Below, piece by piece: positions 1 to 8,547 of a DNA stretch of 64,000 nt. The position numbers and the translations under genes were made by a program. Source of the DNA: an uncultured Verrucomicrobiae bacterium (GTDB lineage: Bacteria; Verrucomicrobiota; Verrucomicrobiia; Palsa-1439); contig CAWEWF010000004.1 in NCBI GenBank assembly GCA_963812605.1, forward strand, positions 128,001-192,000. The letters are read 5' to 3'. The notes beneath the pieces are model-generated. The model was given only the letters and a program-made list of their open reading frames with translations, was not told the DNA's origin and did no database searches. Numbering within the stretch: position 1 is the stretch's first letter; each line of letters opens with the position of its first letter.

Positions 1-5
1 GCAAT

Positions 6-188
6 TGTAGCGGCGGCTCATGACCGCCGAACCCAAGCCAGAGATTGTAGGGCGAGCGTCCCGCTTGCCGTCGTATCCAAAAGTCAGGATGTAGCATGCG
101 CTGTCCCCAGCGCATTCTACCAACTTTACGAGAACCTCTGGAAACGTCACCTTAGCTGCCAATTGTAGGCCGCGACCTCCGACGCGGC
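6..188 (+). repeat. Cluster of four co-oriented GTAG-type REP hairpins
   Basis: TGTAG followed by an imperfect palindrome at 6, 46, 90 and 164 (e.g. TGTAGGGCGAGCGTCCCGCTTGCC). Confidence 0.7.
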
Positions 189-443
189 GTCCTCATATGA
201 TAATAAGGATATACGCCGTTCAGAAACCCTCGACGAACGCAACCCCTTGATACCACGTCGAAAACATCCGTCAAACCTGTGGATTTGGCTTCGTTTTCCA
301 AACGAACCGGATTACTCCACCTTCTTCGTAATCGCGTAACATACTGCGCACATGATGGTTACATCTGTTTTTCAGCCACGGAACTATCAGTTTGACAAAC
401 CAGCCGCTGCCGGTTGTGGTTTTGCGGTCAGCGGGCGCTCGTG

Positions 444-587
444 TTATTTAGCAGAGGCGATGCCGAGTCCCAGTATGCCAAAGAAGATGATGCACAAAAA
501 CAACCAGAACGGAAGGATGCCCACGCTCGTGAGCAAAAGGCCAAGGACACCGAGAAGCAGGAACAGAATCATGAGTTGTTGTTTCAT
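444..587 (-). CDS. 47-aa hydrophobic membrane peptide (not in ORF track)
   Basis: Manual translation MKQQLMILFLLLGVLGLLLTSVGILPFWLFLCIIFFGILGLGIASAK; starts 16 bp after the lipoprotein stop. Confidence 0.6.
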   Translation of the reverse strand: MKQQLMILFLLLGVLGLLLTSVGILPFWLFLCIIFFGILGLGIASAK

Positions 588-603
588 AGATATTCTCTAA
601 TAG

Positions 604-1080
604 TCACCCTGATTTCGTCTTGTAGAGTTTATCCAAAGCTCCCTGCCAGCATTTGGTTTCTGTTTCGCGGCAGAAGCGATAGCCAGACCATATCCAGAAA
701 TTGGCTGGCACTGTGTCCACCTCCTGCAATACCCATTTGTTGTCCTGATAGGCAAAATCCGCCTTGAATCCAATACTTCGCTCGCCACGAGTTTCGTTAT
801 ATTTCCGTGAGTAATTCGCCGTTGCAGTGTAAGGCGACACGAGGGAAGTCGTTTTCTCTACATCAATTTGCACGTCATTATCCCAATCCACCGAAAAGCC
901 GGTTGGCAGTTCCGTATAACAGGCGCTCGCATTGGTTGAGAACGCGGCCACGACGCCCTTAAAGTCCTTCAGCGGGTCAGGTACTTCTTTTACTTCTTTG
1001 GGCGGGTTGGAGCAGCCGGAACACAGCAACAGAATCCCGGGAATGATGCTAGTGGCTAGACGCGCCATTGCCGGAGCCAT
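604..1080 (-). CDS. Hypothetical lipoprotein (IS cargo)
   Basis: Signal peptide ending in lipobox-like LLCSG-C; soluble remainder; start may be 1068. Confidence 0.7.
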   Translation of the reverse strand: MAPAMARLATSIIPGILLLCSGCSNPPKEVKEVPDPLKDFKGVVAAFSTNASACYTELPTGFSVDWDNDVQIDVEKTTSLVSPYTATANYSRKYNETRGERSIGFKADFAYQDNKWVLQEVDTVPANFWIWSGYRFCRETETKCWQGALDKLYKTKSG

Positions 1081-1204
1081 TTGACTTCACCGGCGCAAGG
1101 ATACGAATCGCGTTGGTAATCGTCAGCGGATAGAGTGAAATCGGCTTGGCGTACCGCTTGCCCTTATTGCGGCCCGGCTTCCGTTTCGCCTTGGTCTTGC
1201 TCAT
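1049..1204 (-). CDS. 51-aa basic small protein (not in ORF track)
   Basis: Manual translation MSKTKAKRKPGRNKGKRYAKPISLYPLTITNAIRILAPVKS...; overlaps the lipoprotein start. Confidence 0.45.
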   Translation of the reverse strand: MSKTKAKRKPGRNKGKRYAKPISLYPLTITNAIRILAPVKSNGSGNGASSH

Positions 1205-1288
1205 ATGCTTAATTTACCGCGTCTCGGCTCGCCAGTCTAGCGCGATTCGCGTTGACCGCATCTGTTTGCGTGTTGCAAGATACATCGC

Positions 1289-1510
1289 ATGGACAAAGAA
1301 TTAGACGAGCGACTCACCCGCATTGAGAACGCACTGGTCGTCGTTGGCAATGCTCAATTGGTGGTTATTCGCTATCTGCCAAAAATAAATTCTCTGAATG
1401 CGAAAGACCAAGAGTATCTTCACGACCGCTCGAAGGAGTGGAGCGAAGTAATCGAAGAGCTATGGCGAGGCATTCCCCATGATAAACGAGTTCAGCCACC
1501 CAGTCGCTGA
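1289..1510 (+). CDS. Small helical hypothetical protein (IS cargo)
   Basis: ATG start, protein-like amphipathic sequence MDKELDERLTRIENAL... Confidence 0.5.
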   Translation: MDKELDERLTRIENALVVVGNAQLVVIRYLPKINSLNAKDQEYLHDRSKEWSEVIEELWRGIPHDKRVQPPSR

Positions 1511-1662
1511 CTCCGCTTTGAATGGCCTCTTCCATACACCGTTTGGCTTCGGCCATCATTAGGCGCGGGTCGCGTTGCTGGCTGGAGGTCGGCTGGGCTA
1601 TGGTATTCATCTACAATTCGCCAAGCCGGGTCACAGGCACGGCGATATAATGGAGCGATGAG

Positions 1663-2646
1663 CTACTTCCCATTCTGAAATCCCGGCTTACGGCGCATCG
1701 GGCGCATATTTCCGAGCGGGGTTACTCCCCGCACATTTTTATACATCAGCCGCTTGCCGGTCGATTGCGCCAGCGCCAATGCGGTACGCTCGCCGTCGGT
1801 GACTTTCCGGCTGCCCCAACGGAATCCGAATTCATCGCAGTAACGGTGTAGATGCCGCCGGGATACATGGTGGAACGTGCCGTGAACCCCGCGCTTCAGT
1901 AGCGCAAAGAACGATTCTGCCGTGTTCGTGTTGGCATCGCCGCTCACATACTCTTTGATGCCGTGATTCACGACCCGGTGACCGCCCTCAAACTCTTTGC
2001 CGATGCCGCGATACGACGGCCATTCATCGGTATAGACCGTTGCGCCTTTGTCCACGCTCTCTCGAATCGCCCCTTTCAACGTCCGCCCGGTCACGTTTGA
2101 AATCGCCCGCACCCGGATGTCACCTTGCCGCTCCACGAGGGCTAACACCGGCGACTTTGCCGTGCCGCGACCCGGCTTGTGATACCCGGTGCCGGACTGG
2201 GGTTTGCCGCCGATGTAGGTCTCGTCTACTTCAACCGCGCCATTCAATAGGGCCGCGACACCATTGCGATTCATGGCGAGCCGAATCCGGTGTGACAGAT
2301 GCCACGCGGATTGGTAGGACTTCAAACCGAGATTGCGCTGTAGCTGTTTCGCGCTGATACCCTTTTTCGATGAGCACATGAGATGGAACGCGAGCAGCCA
2401 CTTGCGGAGCGGGATATGACTGTCCTCGAATATCGTTCCCATGGTGACGGTGAATTGCTTGCGGCAGTCCCGGCACTTGCACAGGCCCGGTCGCGTTGCC
2501 TTGCCATTGAGCCTGACGCCATTCTTGGACTGGCAGTGCGGGCACACCGGGCCGTCCGGCCACAGGACGCTCTCCAAGTATTCACGAGCTTGCTCCTCCG
2601 TGAATTCGCTGATTTCCGCTAGGTTTTCGGGCGCTTCCGTTTTCAT
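1663..2646 (-). CDS. IS1595-family (ISXO2-like) DDE transposase
   Basis: N-terminal Zn ribbon CPHC..CRDC, HTH region, catalytic motifs VEVDETY, YTDE, NTAESFF. Confidence 0.95.
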   Translation of the reverse strand: MKTEAPENLAEISEFTEEQAREYLESVLWPDGPVCPHCQSKNGVRLNGKATRPGLCKCRDCRKQFTVTMGTIFEDSHIPLRKWLLAFHLMCSSKKGISAKQLQRNLGLKSYQSAWHLSHRIRLAMNRNGVAALLNGAVEVDETYIGGKPQSGTGYHKPGRGTAKSPVLALVERQGDIRVRAISNVTGRTLKGAIRESVDKGATVYTDEWPSYRGIGKEFEGGHRVVNHGIKEYVSGDANTNTAESFFALLKRGVHGTFHHVSRRHLHRYCDEFGFRWGSRKVTDGERTALALAQSTGKRLMYKNVRGVTPLGNMRPMRRKPGFQNGK

Positions 2647-2652
2647 GCCTAT

Positions 2653-2681
2653 ACACTAGCAGTTGTGGAGTGGTTTGTCAA
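2653..2681 (-). promoter_or_regulatory. Sigma70-type transposase promoter with -35 inside the IR
   Basis: Minus strand TTGACA-17 nt-TAGTGT with extended TGn; 6 nt before ATG, so probably leaderless. Confidence 0.6.
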
Positions 2682-2749
2682 ATAGATAATTCCGTAAACC
2701 CAACCACCATGAAATTGCAGCGCAACGGCTCCCATTGTAGCCGTACTTG

Positions 2750-2785
2750 CTAAACGTGGATTGCCTTCTAAACGTGGATTGCCTT
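2750..2785. repeat. Perfect 18-bp tandem duplication
   Basis: CTAAACGTGGATTGCCTT x2. Confidence 0.9.
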
Positions 2786-2817
2786 TATTCCGCTTGCCGT
2801 CGCCGATGCCCATCCGT

Positions 2818-3368
2818 TGTAGACCGCGTCCCCCGACGCGGCGGCCTTCATATAATATGGCATTCAGAAACGCTCGAATCGCCGCAACTCCTTGATACAA
2901 CGCCAAAAACGTCCGCCAAAAAATGCCTAATCGGCTTCGTTTTCCAAACGAACCCGAATTCTCCAGTCGCTCTTTCAATACGTAACACCTTGCGAATACA
3001 ATGGATCAATTGATTTCCAGCCGCATAAAAATCGGGTTCGTTTCGCAGAAAGGATGTTTTTTTGGGACCTGCCTCGGCCTTCGACTTGTCCTCCGTAGCC
3101 TTGGCGAAGGAGCAAGCGTCCCCGCCGAGTCCGCTGTCCCTTTTGGAGTGCTGCGGCTCGCCGCAGCTTTGCCGTCCTGCCCCCGTGTCGTCTCCATATC
3201 CCCACGAAATGTGTTCGTCAAAGTTCACGCCCAGATCCTACCATTATCGGAATCCGATGTCCAGACCAAAACGGGGGGAGTAGTTCGCTGTTTCCCAATT
3301 GTAGGGCAAGCGCTCCGCTTGCCAGTCCCATTCCCAAAGTTGTCACCCTGAGCGAAGCGAAGGGTCTC
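2818..3368. repeat. Non-coding repeat/REP mosaic
   Basis: Diverged copy of 164-378, IR pair AAACGAACCCGA/TCGGGTTCGTTT (2946-3043), and several short palindromes (~3088-3110, ~3145-3170, 3300-3323, 3341-3368). Confidence 0.7.
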
Positions 3369-3558
3369 ACACTGCACCAGAGCAATCACGAAGGACATAA
3401 AACCATGTTTCTTACAACTGAAACGTCCCAGCCGGTGCAATGGACTATAGATCAGGAATATGCGGTTTTCCGGAACTAGCCCTTCATGCTTTTCCCTTTA
3501 CCGCCTGCACCTCGCCACATATATTTGCTCCTGCTGACGTTCAACGAACGGAGAATCT

Positions 3559-4191
3559 ATGACTCAAGAGAAACAAGACCTTTCCCGGCTAACGATCGAC
3601 CGAAAAACAGGCGACGAAGCATTCCGTCAGGACGGGAAGGACAAGGATTTCTCGCTTGGCGATTTCTGGCGATGGTCGGCTTCGGATTTGGTTAGCAATA
3701 TCATACGTGGCGTATTGGCCGAATACCTCGTTGCCTGCGATTTGGGAATAGCATCGAACACACGCGAACCGTGGCAATCTTATGACCTAGAGAAAAACGA
3801 AATCAAGATAGAAGTAAAGTCGGCGGCGTACGTCCAATCTTGGACACAAGAAGAGTTATCAAGTATTCTTTTCAACATTCGGCCGACGCGGGCATGGAAT
3901 CCTGACAACAATAAACTTGACCCAGAAGTTAAGAGGCAAGCAGACGTTTACGTGTTTTGTCTGCTGGCACATCAGGAAAAAAAAGACATTCAGCCATTGA
4001 ATCTCGATCAATGGGAGTTTTACGTTATGCCAACAAAGCAACTGCGCCCGGATCGAAAGTCAATCAGCCTCAAAGCATTGCTCGATTTGTGGAAGAACCC
4101 GAACTCTTCAAAGTCTCCTCCTGACTCCCCTTCTCTGAAGTTTGGAGAAATCTGGGAGGGGATCGAAAAAATTACGAAAAACGTCTGCTAA
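3559..4191 (+). CDS. PD-(D/E)XK restriction-endonuclease-like hypothetical protein
   Basis: GVLAEYLVA helix, YDL...IEVKS motif, DVYVFC strand; GGAG RBS. Confidence 0.65.
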   Translation: MTQEKQDLSRLTIDRKTGDEAFRQDGKDKDFSLGDFWRWSASDLVSNIIRGVLAEYLVACDLGIASNTREPWQSYDLEKNEIKIEVKSAAYVQSWTQEELSSILFNIRPTRAWNPDNNKLDPEVKRQADVYVFCLLAHQEKKDIQPLNLDQWEFYVMPTKQLRPDRKSISLKALLDLWKNPNSSKSPPDSPSLKFGEIWEGIEKITKNVC

Positions 4192-4372
4192 GCGCCGCTA
4201 CTACTACGCCTTTTTGCAGGGATGCTCCTTTGTTGCCGGTACGGTATCGTGCGGATTGACGGACTTGGCAAATGGAATTGAGGCTAGATCATTCATTGTG
4301 TAGTGGTGACGTGATGGGAGCTAAGAACGCTCAACGGCCAGATTCTGAAGCAGGAGATTGGGAGGGCTTCTC

Positions 4373-4912
4373 ATGATCCTCTTAATCATTTGGATAATGC
4401 TATGCATCTTTGTGGCGGTTTTTGCCAAGAATAAGGGGCGATCGGATTCAAGCGCCTTCTTTTTCCTCTCGCTGATACTGAGTCCACTGATCGGCTTCAT
4501 CGTAGCTTTACTGGTGAAGCCCAACAAATACGAATCGGAAGTGAAAGGCATAGAGCAGTTGAAATTCATCAAGGGTGAGATGAAGAAGTGCCCGGTTTGT
4601 GCTGAGGTCATAAAAATGGAAGCCATTAGATGCCCACGGTGTGGCAACGATCTAGCGCAGCAGACGGCTCAAATTTCACAAACGGACGAGGTGAAAAGAT
4701 GTCCTTACTGTGCGGAGTCGATTCGCAAAGAAGCCATTAAGTGCCGATATTGCGGCAGCGACCTCGTGTCGCCTCCCAAAGCTCCAATTCAAACAAGGGA
4801 TATTGAATTCAGTTGCGACTACTGTGGTCAGAACATTGTGATAGACAAGTCAGGTGCTGGTCTTACTATCCAGTGTCCCAAATGTGGAGGCGATCTCACC
4901 ATCCCTGCATAG
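4373..4912 (+). CDS. Membrane protein with three zinc-ribbon modules
   Basis: Two N-terminal TM helices; CPVC..CPRC, CPYC..CRYC, CDYC..CPKC. Confidence 0.8.
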   Translation: MILLIIWIMLCIFVAVFAKNKGRSDSSAFFFLSLILSPLIGFIVALLVKPNKYESEVKGIEQLKFIKGEMKKCPVCAEVIKMEAIRCPRCGNDLAQQTAQISQTDEVKRCPYCAESIRKEAIKCRYCGSDLVSPPKAPIQTRDIEFSCDYCGQNIVIDKSGAGLTIQCPKCGGDLTIPA

Positions 4913-5022
4913 CCAGAACCAGCCAAGCTCTGTCGTGATGCTCATGGCATCTTTAACGAAAACCACTAGAACGACGTGGTCAGGTCTATTTATTATGCAT
5001 TTCGTAAAGCCTCGGTACCGCA

Positions 5023-6010
5023 TCACGAAAACCCCACCACCGCATGCGGCACGTACGGTTCCTCCAATGGCGCAATTTCCTCCGGGGAGAGTTTCAGGGA
5101 CAGCAGCCGCCACCGCATCCTCGATGTGCTGCGGCTTCGTCGCGCCGACAATGGGCGAGGTAATGAAGGGTTTGTGCAGCATCCAGGCCAGAGCGACTTG
5201 TGCTTGCGGAACACCACGTTTGCGCGCGATCTGACTCACGCGCTCGACAACAAGCTTATCCGACTCTTCGGTCCTGCCGTAAAGTTTCTTGGCAAATTCA
5301 TCATGCCCGCCACGCTCCGTGCTCTCCTTCTGCTCCCAGGGTCGCGTCAACCGTCCGCGCGCCAGCGGACTCCAGGGAATGACGCCGATTTTTTCCGCCT
5401 GGCACAAACCCATCATCTCGCGTTCCTCTTCGCGATACAGCAGGTTGTAATGGTTCTGCATGGAAACAAACCGCGTCCAGCCATGCCGGTCCGCCAGGTA
5501 AAGCGCCTTGCAGAATTGCCACGCAAACATCGACGAGGCGCCGATGTACCGGGTCTTCCCCGCCTTCACCACGTCATGCAACGCCTCCAGCGTCTCCTCA
5601 ATCGGCGTGTCATAGTCCCAGCGATGGATCTGGTAAAGGTCCACGTAATCCACGCACAGGCGCTTCAAGCTCGCATCCATCTCCATCATAATGGCCTTGC
5701 GCGACAACCCTTCGCCATTCGGCCCCGGCCGCATTCGTCCGCGCACCTTCGTCGCCAGCACCACCTCCTCGCGTTTCGCGAAGTCCCGCAACGCCCGGCC
5801 GACAATCTCCTCGCTGGTGCCGTCCGAGTAGACGTTCGCCGTGTCAAAAAAATTGATGCCTACTTCCAACGCGCGCTTGATGAAGGGCCGGCTCTTCTCT
5901 TCGGTGAGCGACCAGGGATGCCCCCCGCGCTCCGGCACCCCGTAACTCATGCAACCCAGGCACACCCGGGAAACCTTCAGCCCGCTCTTCCCTAAATTCA
6001 CATAATCCAT
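5023..6010 (-). CDS. Aldo/keto reductase (frameshift near 5100)
   Basis: GLKVSRVCLG, DTANVY, DLYQIH, PWSPLARG motifs; C-terminus LSPEEIAPLEEPY continues in another frame. Confidence 0.92.
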
Positions 6011-6021
6011 AAATTCCCTTC

Positions 6022-6879
6022 CTACTTGCGCCAACCGTGCTCCGGCTTATACCCCAGAACTCGTTTTGCTTTCTCAATCGAGAGCAGCGTTTCATTCGCC
6101 TCCAGTTTCTTCTTCACCGGCACGCTCGGGAAAACTTCCGCCATGAGTTCCGCCGATGGACGCGTCATGACGGTCTCCGCATTCGCGATAATGAAGATGT
6201 CCGCCCCCTTGAGGGGCGCTTCCAGCGCCTTGCGGATCGCCTGGGCCGCATCGCGCGCGTCGATATAACCCCAGAGGTTCCATTTGCGGATCGCCGGGTC
6301 CTTCTGAAAACCGGCGAAACGCGCATAGTCGTGCGGCTCCATGACATTCGAAAAGCGCAAACCGATGATCTTCAGCTTTGCATCCCATCGACAGAATTGC
6401 TTCGCCATCTCCTCGCCCAGCAGTTTCGACAGCGAGTAGGCGGTCTCCGGCCTGCCGGCGTATTCTTCATCTACCGGCACGTAAGGCGGCGGCGTGTCGA
6501 AAGGCAACCCGAGCACGGTCTCGCTTGAAGCCCACACGACATTCTTGATTCCCAGACGGTAGGCCGCGGCGAAAACGTTGTACGTGCTCAGTGTGTTGTT
6601 GCCAAAGGTAACGGCATCCGTAAAAAGATGGGGTGCTGGAATGGCTGCCAGATGGACAATCGCGTCGAAGCCGCCCCGCTGCGCCTTTTCCCCGGCGCAG
6701 GCGGAAAACGCGTCAACCGTCTGACCGAAATCGGCCAGGTCAGCCAGGATGAAAGGACACGTCCTCTCCGTTGGGGCCGTCCGATCGACATTGAAAATCT
6801 CGTATCCGTGCGCCAGCAGGTCCTTAACACACGCGCGCCCCAACTTGCCGCTTCCACCCGTGACGACAACCTTTGCCAT
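6022..6879 (-). CDS. NAD-dependent epimerase/dehydratase (extended SDR)
   Basis: TGGSGKLG Rossmann motif, HLAA, YSLSK catalytic YxxxK. Confidence 0.9.
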   Translation of the reverse strand: MAKVVVTGGSGKLGRACVKDLLAHGYEIFNVDRTAPTERTCPFILADLADFGQTVDAFSACAGEKAQRGGFDAIVHLAAIPAPHLFTDAVTFGNNTLSTYNVFAAAYRLGIKNVVWASSETVLGLPFDTPPPYVPVDEEYAGRPETAYSLSKLLGEEMAKQFCRWDAKLKIIGLRFSNVMEPHDYARFAGFQKDPAIRKWNLWGYIDARDAAQAIRKALEAPLKGADIFIIANAETVMTRPSAELMAEVFPSVPVKKKLEANETLLSIEKAKRVLGYKPEHGWRK

Positions 6880-6963
6880 GCCATCCTTTCTTCAACATAT
6901 TTCCCCGAAAGGCAAACTCATTTGTCTCCACGATTGGGGAAAACTCGGCCAGGTGCCCTCGCC

Positions 6964-8142
6964 TCATGAGGGTCTGATCGCCCTTGGCATGCGGTCAAAT
7001 GAATTGAAGCGCTTCAGGGCCCGCCGCGTCTTGACGGCATCCCAGCGGCCCGGGATGGCGGTCCCGCACTTCGGGCATTTGCCGTCGTCCGTCAACCAAT
7101 AACCCTGAACCATGAACCCCGAACGCTCCACCAACAACTCTTCGCAATTCGGACATCGCGTGTTCTCCCAATCGCTGACGTGGCCGGGCAGGTTGCCCGC
7201 GTAACAGTAGCGCAGACCCGCTTCCCGGCCGATTTCACAGGCGCGAACAATGGTGCGCACCGCCGTGTGATCGCGATCGGTCATTTTATAGTCGGGATGA
7301 AACGCCGTGCAATGCCAGGGGATATCGGGTGAAATGTCGGCCAGGAATTTTGCGATCTGCCGCATCTCGTCTTCGCTGTCGTTGAAACCGGGGATGAACA
7401 ACGTGACGATCTCCAACCAAAACCCTTTCTGGTGAAGCATCGCGACGGTTTTCAGCACATTGTCGAGCTTGCCGCCGAGTTGACGGTAATTCCTGTCGTT
7501 GAAACTTTTCAAATCGACCTTGTAAAAATCCACCCACGGCTTGATGTAATCCAACACCTCTTCGGTGCCGTTGCCGTTGGAGACGTAGGACGTGCGCAGC
7601 CCGTGCCGGCGCGCTTCCTTAAAAACTTCCACGGCCCATTCGCTGGTGATCAGCGGCTCATTATACGTGCTGGTGACCGTGTCGGCGCCCTTCTGGATCG
7701 CCAATTCCACAAATCGCCCCGCGTTCATCGGTATCGCCGGCGCGGTGCTCAGCGGATCACGCAGCGCCTGCGAGGTAAACCAATTCTGGCAATAACCACA
7801 GTGCAAATCGCACCCCAGCATCCCGAAGCTCATCGCCAGCGTGCCCGGGAGCGCGTGAAAAAACGGCTTCTTTTCGATGGGATCGCACTGCAACGCGCCA
7901 AAGTAGTTCGCAGGGACAAACAGCGTGCCGCCGCGGTTAAAACGCACGCGGCAGATGCCATCGTGCCCTTCAAGAATCAGGCAACGATGCCCGCAGGCGT
8001 AACAACGCACCTTGCCATCGAGCAGCTTCTCGTAGAGCTCGCCCTCCTTCGTCAGCCGCGAAAGATTCTCACCCAACGTCTCCATCGACACGGTCGCGCG
8101 CGCCTGGTCCTCCCGCGCCAAAACTGGATCTGACTTCGGCAT
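6964..8142 (-). CDS. amrS: AmmeMemoRadiSam system radical SAM enzyme
   Basis: CDLHCGYC motif, DPIEKKPFFH, N-terminal C..C..C..C cluster, C-terminal CPxCG. Confidence 0.88.
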   Translation of the reverse strand: MPKSDPVLAREDQARATVSMETLGENLSRLTKEGELYEKLLDGKVRCYACGHRCLILEGHDGICRVRFNRGGTLFVPANYFGALQCDPIEKKPFFHALPGTLAMSFGMLGCDLHCGYCQNWFTSQALRDPLSTAPAIPMNAGRFVELAIQKGADTVTSTYNEPLITSEWAVEVFKEARRHGLRTSYVSNGNGTEEVLDYIKPWVDFYKVDLKSFNDRNYRQLGGKLDNVLKTVAMLHQKGFWLEIVTLFIPGFNDSEDEMRQIAKFLADISPDIPWHCTAFHPDYKMTDRDHTAVRTIVRACEIGREAGLRYCYAGNLPGHVSDWENTRCPNCEELLVERSGFMVQGYWLTDDGKCPKCGTAIPGRWDAVKTRRALKRFNSFDRMPRAIRPS

Positions 8143-8202
8143 TGTCTTTCAACTCCCGCTGCCATCAAACTACCACTTCCGCCGGGCCGTTTCCAGACGC
8201 GT

Positions 8203-8499
8203 CGGGTGCCGGTGATGTCTTAATTTGCATCCGCCAACTGTAGCCGAAGCGTAAGCTTAGGCGGTAGCAATGCGGATTCCCGAAGCTTACGCTTCGGCTA
8301 CAAAACACGAACGATGAGCAATGCGGCAAATTAAGACACTACCCGGGTGCCGGTAGTGTGCAATTTTGAGTAGAGCCGTTTCGCCGTGATTTGTAGGGCA
8401 AGCGGCTCGCTTGCCGTCGTTCATCGACGTGGCAGGCGAGGCCGCCTGCCCTACAATGCAGAAGCATCTCGGTTCAAACTGATACACTACCCGGATGCC
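8203..8499. mobile_element. Two tandem MITE-like units, each enclosing a REP doublet
   Basis: Units 8211-8343 and 8352-8491 with GGTAGTGT-like terminal IRs, separated and flanked by 8-bp CGGGTGCC/CGGGTGCC/CGGATGCC. Confidence 0.65.
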
Positions 8500-8547
8500 A
8501 CACACACGAGAAAGTTGGAGCGCGTGGGCGTCGAAGATTCGGGCAGG

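Larger units (their letters stand above)
380..2693 (-). mobile_element. IS1595-family element with passenger genes
   Basis: Terminal IRs GGAACTATCAGTTTGACAAACCA (380-402) and reverse complement of 2671-2693 GGAATTATCTATTTGACAAACCA match at 20/23 and enclose the transposase plus small ORFs. No target-site duplication found. Confidence 0.85.

Noticed and set aside
6-188. Possible CRISPR-like array
   Set aside because: Units share only TGTAG, spacing is irregular, and there are no cas genes in the window
352-767. Plus-strand ORFs 352-600 and 414-767
   Set aside because: Charged/Gln-rich pattern typical of the antisense of the hydrophobic minus-strand peptide at 444-587
1365-1610. 81-aa minus-strand ORF inside the IS
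   Set aside because: Overlaps the more protein-like plus-strand ORF 1289-1510 and has no motif; cannot be supported, though not excluded
2848-3351. Several 70-126 aa ORFs right of the IS
   Set aside because: They are translations of REP/IR repeats (e.g. SFAKATEDK, FLRNEPD)
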